A DNA stretch of 58,765 bases, filler included, from Jimgerdemannia flammicorona (Eukaryota): assembly GCA_003990765.1 (NCBI GenBank). It is 2 parts of 2 records of this genome, joined end to end, with 100 filler letters (N's around TTAATTAATTAA, not from the genome) between each part and the next. Parts side by side here need not be neighbours in the genome. Positions count along the whole stretch, not along the records: positions 29,434 to 58,765 come from RBNJ01000505.1; 1 more part is not named here. The stretch is one strand, 5' to 3'. The position numbers were made by a program, and so were the translations under genes. Positions 51,406 through 58,765 of the stretch are shown here, piece by piece; position 1 is the first letter of the stretch, and each line of letters opens with the position of its first letter. Below the pieces are notes generated by a model, which worked only from the letters and a program-made list of their open reading frames with translations, was not told the origin of the DNA and did no database searches.

Positions 51406-52596
51406 AATGTAACGTGCTGGCTCAATGGAGGCAAATTACAAGGTTGGGGGTTGATGTAGTTTAGCTTGAGACCTCAGTTACTTTGTCAAAAAGCAACAAA
51501 ATGTTCTAAGATTCCTGAGGTCCTTGGTGTTTAGCAGTATAATAGTCAAAGTTGGATATCTGTGAGTGGTTTCCTTATTGGGACTGTTCTCTGAGTGTAG
51601 TGGCGATTTGTGTCTTTTCTTCTTGGGTCAATTGGGAATAGCACAATTTGTATAGCGAGGCAATCTCCAAAAGGATATGATTTCTGGGTGACAGTCTTGT
51701 GTAGCGTGATGAACTCTGTGTGTGACAGTCTGGTAATTTGGTAGTTCTCCTTATGTGATTTCTGTGTGATGATCTTGGTGTGACAATCTCTGTGTAGTGT
51801 GGTGGGTTCCTTATGCGGATGTTCTAGTGATTTGGCGGACAATTCAATTTGGCTCACTGGGAATTGTATGGTATGGATTCTTCTGTAATGGGCTCACTGG
51901 GAACAACAAATAACTCGGATGTCACAGATTCTTCTTAGATCAGCGAACTTTTTGAAAATGGCAGCTTAACTGAGAATTAACTTGGGTGGCATGGATTCTT
52001 CCTGAATCGGCAGGGTTCTTCTGAGAATGTGGTGGGTAACTTGAAAATGGCAGATGACACAGATTCTTTCTGAATTAGCAGGCTTCTGGGAAATAACTTG
52101 GGTGGTGCGGATTCTTCTAAATCGGCAGCTTTAACTAGAAATATGAACTACTGGTAGTGTTCTTTGGGAAAGGGTCTCTTGGCAAAGTTACATCAAAGAC
52201 TGGCTTCATTTGCATGATGAATCACTGCAAAGTTGCATCAGAAACTGGCTTGAGCAAGGCGGCTTTCTTGGGAAGACTGAGGATAACTTGGAAATGGTGG
52301 CTTATTCCTTAAGTGGCAGGTTACTCAAAAGGCAGCAAAGTTCTTCTTGAACTTAGGCAGCAAATCTTCAGGCTTATCTGGCAAGCGTACCAATCAATCT
52401 TTGTATCAGAAAGTGGACCAGAGTGGAAAGGGGACCAATGCTCAATCTTAAGAGGCTTCTTTGGTGTTTGTATTTTGGACTGAGGTTTTATTCACTCTCA
52501 TCTCTGGGGTAATTTATATAAGTTGGTTGCTATCTGGTTACTATGTGGCTAACTATAGATTTGCTATCTTCAGTAATGGTTGGGTGTGTCCTCTGG

Positions 52597-52730
52597 GTAC
52601 AGGTGTGTCCACAGGACATGAGTGTGTCCGCAGGACATGAGTGTGTCCTCAGGACATGAGTGTGTCTGCAGGACATGAGTGTGTCCTCAGGATATGAGTG
52701 TGTCCACAGGACATGAGTGTGTCCTCAGAA
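52597..52730. repeat. 20-bp tandem array in family B LTR
   Basis: (caggacatgagtgtgtcYNN)n; shorter arrays at ~32469-32560, ~41375-41465 and ~43569-43645. Confidence 0.9.
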
Positions 52731-52974
52731 CACAGGTAAACAATCCTGATCTGGTGTCTTGGCTAATTATAAGTGTGGCAGGCATAAGTAACTATGATTC
52801 ACTAGAAGTTACATCATGCTGAGTAAGTATGCTAATTGTTTGTGTCATCTAGCTAAGTTATAATTCAGGTGGTATGTTTTGGTCTGTTATAATATCAATA
52901 ACTCTATTTAATCAAAAGTAATTAGCTATATTCTTCAGCAGAATTTAAAAATTGACTCATTTACTAGATTGTAT

Positions 52975-54144
52975 GTACAGATCAATTATTCACAACTATC
53001 AAGAGTGACCAGTTACATAGTATCTTTGGCCTCCTTAAGTATGATTTATATCTGCTAAGTACAGATACTATTTACAAAGATATTCTGGGGACCTATAGAA
53101 AGGAGTATAACAAGCTTTGCCAATACTTCAGATAAAATAATCAAATAAGGGCAATACTATAACTATTGCAAGCTTAATTATATATATATAAAAAGCTCAC
53201 TAATTTAATCTCACATTTAATAAATAGAATTCAGCAGGCAGAATTTTATTTACAATAAATACTAATTTCTGGGCATTACCAGTCATTAAATTGATCTCAA
53301 TTTGTAACTTTAATCTCTTACTCTTGACTTCATCAAACTCACTGATTCTCATTTAGGAGAAAATATTACAGATGCTTTTATTAGTTGTATCCAGGAGCTT
53401 GGAATCACAATCTAGATAAAAAAGGGAGAGCTTGCTATCTGGTTAGTATTTTGAAGGAAGTCTTAAAACAAAATAGATTTTAATGGTTATTTATTTTCAC
53501 ATAAATTTGTCAATAGAAAATTTCATGTACAGATTTTGATCATTATAATAGATTATGTTACAATTTAGTAGCCAACCTTTAATAGAAAAATATGGTCTTC
53601 AGTACAGAAAACTACTATATACATTATCAGGCCCATATACTGAATCTCACTGTTCATAATTATCTTACATATATAGATAAAACATCTGGAAGTGAGAGAA
53701 CTCTGAGTATTGTTTCCAAGCTGCATAAACTGGTTATATTGGTCTGATCATCTCTCACAATAATGGGACAAATTTGCTATATAGTGTAGGGCAATCAGTT
53801 TAGTCCTGAAAGAGTTGATATTGGATATCTATATATGTTAGAAATCAATATTTACAATAATCCAGTGTACTGGAATTTGCTATAATATATGCTCTTTTTT
53901 CAGTTGGCTGAAGTAAATTGTTTCAGAAGACTGAGAATTATTAATTAATTAATTTCAAATTAGATTTTTTTTTTTTTTTAAAAAAAAAAAAAAGGCAATA
54001 GATTCTACAGTTCCTGCTGATAAGGAAAAGTGAGGTGAGGCTATAGATAAAAGTAAGTGAGATGTACTAAGAAATGTTGTTAGAGTTTTGGAAGTAAGTA
54101 ATGATTGCTTTAGCTCTATATTCATTTTATCTACCTCTATACAG
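52975..54144 (+). pseudogene. hAT transposase relic, strongly decayed
   Basis: LDFIKLTDSHLGENITDAFISCIQELGI (~53323-53410), AHILNL (~53631), IVSKLHKLVILV. 53994-54140 aligns with the minus strand of ~58590-58735. Confidence 0.75.
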
Positions 54145-54285
54145 TAGTGCTCTGAACAAATGGAGTTGATCTGGATGAGATTTGATTCAGATTCATCATG
54201 TGATGGATTCGAATCAACTCGGATTGGTCTCATGATCTGATCTAGATTGATCTGGATTGATCCAGATTGATCCATCCAGATTGAC
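54145..54285. mobile_element. Probable single terminus of a hAT-type element
   Basis: Starts TAGTGCTC like the MITE at 25665, followed by GATC/GATTC subterminal repeats; abruptly ends the hAT relic. Partner TIR not found. Confidence 0.5.
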
Positions 54286-55259
54286 ATCTTTGGTGACATC
54301 ACTCTTTCTTTTGTTCATTTCACTCTTGTTTTTTTTTTCCTGTTGCACTTTGGTGATATCACCCTTTCCTTTATTCTCTCTCTTTTCTTTGTTCTTTTTC
54401 TTTGTTCTTTCCTGCTGCATCATGAGCAAACAAAACAGCAGTCCTTAATTCATATGTTGGTCCAGTCTATTCATTTTTCACCTTATAATTATTGTCAAAA
54501 GAGGGAGTATTTGAGGTAGAAATGTACTCTCTGCTGACAATGTTAGATTCTTCCTCATATGGGCAGCACACAAGCTGCTCATTGAGAGCCAAAGGGGTGA
54601 TGGTAGTGGCAGTGGCAATGGCAATAGCAATGGCAATGGCAATGGTGATGGCAGAGATGAGGGTGAATTCTAGCAACAACTTATGGCAGCCCTTCAGACC
54701 TTGGAATTTACAGACCTCACAGCTATGTATGTAGCAGTCTTTTTGGAGCAGCCAGTAGTAGATGTAGGTTGCTCTTTTCTTCTGCTACTTTTTACTTGTT
54801 TAAATTCCCCCAGCATGACCCAATTTACGTCATGCTCTTCTTAGAGTCCACAGCTCTATGGCAAGATCTGCTGACTTTATTTGCAATATCTGGTCAAGAT
54901 AAAGAAAGGTTGGAGGACATTGCAGGGCATGTCTTTGGTGGCTGAGCTGTTGAGTCAATGCATTGCATGGTGGAGGTCTCAAAAGGAACAGAAGCAAGTC
55001 TTCATAAGCAATCTTGTGCAACTCATGCAACTTATCGGCATGCAACTTGTTGGTATACAGCTCACTCACTTACTCACTCACACTCTTTTTCTGAAATACC
55101 CATCTCTGTGTTTTATTTAATTTCATTTTTTATGTGGTCTCCACCTAAAAAACACCCACACCCATATGCAACCCATCTACATGCAACCTGTCCACAAGCA
55201 ACCCATCTGCATGCAACCCATCCACACACTTATCTCAGTCCCTCAGATCAGGGCTCAGT

Positions 55260-56507
55260 TCTTTTGGAAAGGAGAGTTCAAAGTTACCCAAGTTCAACCA
55301 CATCCAGTGTCTGATCAAATAGAGAAATTCAAGGGCAAGATGTTCAGCATGAGCAGTACCAGCATTGTCATCAAGGCTTGGGGGTCTATATTCAAATCAG
55401 AGCCAATCATTCTCTACTAAGGGGTCTATTGGCCAGCAGAAGTAACCAATGATGAAGAGAACCATATCTTTATTAATGAATGTAGAGAGGTGGTTGTGAT
55501 GGTGGTAAGGAACCTCTATAGTGACAAGCTTTGCCACCACATTAACAAGATTTATAAGGATTGCATCAAATACTGGGTGGTAGGAAAGAGGGGGCAAAAA
55601 AAGCAAGGAGGGGGGGTTTGGATGGGAATTGGGTATACTGCAACACTGGTGAAGGGTGGGTTCCAGAGTTCCAAAATCCCCTGCACTAGTCTCCCTTTTT
55701 TTTTACTCCTCTACAGATAAATCACACTCTTTGCCGACATACTTTTTTTGATACAAATCCAGAGATGCACAAGATTCTGTACCCCTACCAGAACTTTAGA
55801 AGTGCCATCAAAGAGCAAACTGCATGTGAGCATGACACAGTCTGTGCAGTGATGGTGGCTATGATCTATGGTTCCTTGAGCAGATTGGTAGAGCATACAG
55901 CAGACCAGCTTAGTGGTGATCTCAGTGCAGCTGTATGTACATTCTTGGCACAATTTAGCATGCCATATGAGGTGAGGAGCTCTGCTTTTTTGGAGTGCTG
56001 CAGCTTGGGGGGGTTCTGCAGCCTGGGGGGTTTCTGCAGCCCAGGGGGTTTCTGCCCCCCCACATGCAAAAAGGACTGACCAGTTGCTGTCCGTTTTGGC
56101 AGGTTTCCAAGCTGGGGCTCCTCGGGCTGGACCAAGGGCAGGTATCCACCAGCACAGCCTGGCAGTATGAGGTCCTGGGCCAAGGGTTCACCCAACCATA
56201 TACTTATGACACATAAGGATATATTGGGTGCAACCTTTCTCTGCCTATACACACAGACAACAATGTCACCCTAGTAATGTTTTACATCCTGGAAAGAAAG
56301 GGCCCAACCTGGGAGGATAGCAGCAGAGTCTGGTATGACCTCACCTATAGTTTCAGGGTCCCATTTGCAGCCAACACAGCCATCCTCTTCCAACCACACA
56401 ACTACTATAGCACCATCACCTTTGAGGAGAGCCTGGACACAACAGTTGTTGCACTCACAACAGATGATAGGCTCATCAAGGCCTAGAACTGGTGGGAGGA
56501 GTAGTTT
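55260..56507 (+). pseudogene. Spliced, decayed gene resembling a TET/JBP-type 2OG-Fe(II) dioxygenase
   Basis: Phase-0 intron 55972-56102 joins open frames. Last exon reads GCNLSLPIHTDNN (HxD), then FRVPFAANTAILFQPHNYYSTIT, where TAT AGC could derive from H-G by C>T/G>A. The final 2OG-binding Arg is not evident. Confidence 0.4.
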
Positions 56508-56764
56508 TTGTAAGGATTAGGCAATCTTTTGTGAGGGATAGACAGTCTTTCATGAGGGTTAGGTAGTTATTTTGTGTGGGTTGGACAGTCTTATGTGGGG
56601 GGTTGGGTTGGGTGCCTCTTCTGTAGCACTAGCTTAGCTGTTATGTAGGGCCCTACCAGCCCCTTGGCTCTGCTCTGCAGTGCCACTGGTGTGGTGTTGT
56701 AGCACAGGACCAGGGTGTCCATGGAACCCAAACCAGCAATGGGGCCTGAATCTGTAGTAGACTC

Positions 56765-57530
56765 CAACTGCCAGAAATGCCCTCTAACTGCCAGAAGCAC
56801 CCTCCAACCACCAGAAGCACCCTCTAACTGCCAGAAACACCCTCTGCCCCAGACTCCTTGGCAGCTTGAGGCTGCCCCTACACTGCTGGTGGAGGGCTGC
56901 AAATTGTGCACACTCCCTCTGTCTGCCCCACCTGTCCCAGACACTTGCAGCTTGGGGCTATCCCTTGCTGCTGGTAGAGGGCCACACTCTCTTGCCGACC
57001 CTGTGCCCACCAACCCTGCTGACTGACCCCACCTATTGACCCAGATGCTGACAGCTTGGGGCTGCCCCTTGCTGCTAGTGGAGGGCCACAAATTTTGTAT
57101 GCTCTCTCTGCCTACCTTGCCCATCCAAGACACTTGTGGCTTGGGGCTGCCCCTTGCTGCTAGCAGAGGGCCACAAATTTTGTGTGATCCCTCCACTGAC
57201 TCCACACCCACCAACCCTGCCGACTGACCCTGCCTACTGACCCAGGCACTGATAGCTTGGGGCTGCCCTCTCACTGCTGGCAGAGGGCTGCAAGTTTTGC
57301 ATACTCCCTCTACCAACCCCCCAACCAGGACACTTGCAGCTTGGGGCTGCCCCTTGCTGCCAGCAGAGGACTGCAAATTTTGTATACTCTCTCTGCTGAC
57401 CTGCCCACTGACCCAGGCACTGACAGCTTGGGGCTGCACCTTACTGCTGGCAGAGGGCCACAAACACTGCGTGCTCCCTCCACCACCACTGCCAACCCCA
57501 CCAACTGCTGCCCACTTGGGCTGCAAACTC
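56765..57530. repeat. GC-rich complex tandem repeat array
   Basis: Recurring gcagcttggggctgccc(c)ttgctgctggcagagggccacaaa units about every 80-115 bp, preceded by actgccagaagcaccctc repeats. Confidence 0.9.
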
Positions 57531-57651
57531 TGGGCTGAGTTCTTGGAGTTTTTTACCTTTTTATTATTTTTTGAAATGTATTAAATATTCCACAAGGCCA
57601 ACCAACTTATCTGCGAACCCCAGGACCTGCCAAATTTTAGCAGCCTGAGCC

Positions 57652-58737
57652 CTACCAAGACTTCAGATACATACATGCCCAGATTGTCTCAGCATTCAGC
57701 ATATACCTCTTTGGGGCATTGAGGTCTACCCCACCTGAGAACATCTGCTCAACTGGAGTGCTGAAGGCAGGAATTTTCAGGTAGTCCTGAGCCATGCCAC
57801 ATAGGCTGAAGAAGTCTGTTTAATGCAGCTGCATGCCCCAGTGGGTAGAGCAGTAGGTAGAGTGGTGGTTAGATTGGTGGGTTAAATTGGCCCAATGCCC
57901 ACCTGACAACCCACCTTCCACCAGTTGAGTACCTCTGTGCCCTCCAGCAGGATCATATGGTCGCTGGTGAGGCAAATGGTAAGTTTGTCTATTAATGGCA
58001 GCTCTTCCACTGACAGCTCCCTCTTCCTCTTTCTGCTGAAGTAAATGTGGAACAGGAGGGATCCCTCAGCATATTCATCTGGACTTCAGCTGGAACCTTG
58101 CAGTGGCACATAGTTTTTCTGATACACTTTGATTACAGTCAGCTTGGTTCTCTCAATGAAGTGCTGCTCTCAGCCCTGATCTTTATAGTTGTAGCTTTAA
58201 GCATGGGTCTAGCACTATTCAAAGGAGAGGAGAGAGTGAGTTTTTGCAGGGATTTCTCTGTTTTGGAAGGGGCAATGGCCACATACTGACATTGATACAC
58301 CTGTACTAATTGAGTATACAGTGGTATCTGTTTGGGAGTAGTACTTTCTGAGCTTACTAAGAGTGACCTCCACAGCATCTCTCTGATCCAGACTCAACCG
58401 TAAATCACCACAATCCTCCAGTCTTTCCTCAAGCTTATTCTCTAGCCAGTCAATCAGAAGGTTGTATACTGGTATTGCCGAGCTTATGGTTGGGGTCATT
58501 TGTTTGACTATATCCTTTGTACAATTGTCAAAACACTAGCAGTTATATGTGTTGCGGTATTGCATTGTGCAGAGGTAGACAAAACGAGTGCAGAGGCTGA
58601 CAAAATGAGTGTGGAGCCAGAGCAATCACCACTTACTTCCAAAACTCTGACAACATTCCTAAGTACATCCCACTCACTTTCACCTAGAGCCTCAGCCCAT
58701 ATTTTCTTGTCAGCAGCCACTGTTGAATCTATTGGCT
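57652..58737 (-). pseudogene. hAT transposase C-terminal half with hATC dimerization domain, intron-containing, decayed
   Basis: SEWDVLRNVVRVLE; TPTISSAIPVYNLLIDWLE; KLRKYYSQTD; LDP; GMAQDYLKIPAFSTPVEQMFS...LNAETIWACMYLKSW*. Confidence 0.88.
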
Positions 58738-58765
58738 GTTTTTTTTTTTTTTTTTTTTTTTTTTT

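Larger units (their letters stand above)
42358..52891 (-). mobile_element. Ty3/gypsy LTR retrotransposon, family B copy 2, full length, best preserved
   Basis: LTRs 42358-43801 (3') and 51408-52891 (5'); TSD ATAC/ATAT with one C>T; PPT-like AGTGGGGG before the 3' LTR. Confidence 0.95.

Noticed and set aside
54830..55069. Tc1/mariner C-terminal fragment (KSADLAIELWTLRR resembling SPDLNPIExxW)
   Set aside because: A single weak motif with no supporting DDE motifs.
56765..57530. CRISPR-like array, or a 311-aa CDS (56591-57526, minus)
   Set aside because: Repeats are degenerate, the intervening sequences are themselves repeated, there are no cas genes and the context is eukaryotic. The ORF is a by-product of GC-rich repeats.

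Overview
Eukaryotic, almost certainly fungal, genomic DNA with short GT-AG introns; an early-diverging Mucoromycota-like host is my inference. One intact host gene lies in a CpG-rich island at the left end: a 4-exon, 56-aa mitochondrial ribosomal protein bL33m whose ATG is split by an intron. The remaining ~57 kb is a CpG-depleted, C>T/G>A-decayed transposon graveyard. It holds a piggyBac pseudogene, a restriction-endonuclease-like pseudogene, two copies plus an inverted LTR of a chromoviral Ty3/gypsy family ('A', 2-kb LTRs), two full-length copies of a second Ty3/gypsy family ('B', 1.4-1.5-kb LTRs, 4-bp TSD), fragments of older LTR elements, a fold-back hAT MITE, two inverted hAT transposase relics and an assembly gap with linker. 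Main observations: (1) families A and B appear to share an unannotated accessory ORF, inside the LTR U3 in A and as an ORF3 after pol in B; (2) both carry dUTPase, at different polyprotein positions; (3) B has a Zn2Cys6-like cluster in Pol; (4) a decayed intron-containing gene resembling a TET/JBP-type 2OG-Fe(II) dioxygenase sits between the hAT relics. All homology calls are by eye, with no database searches.
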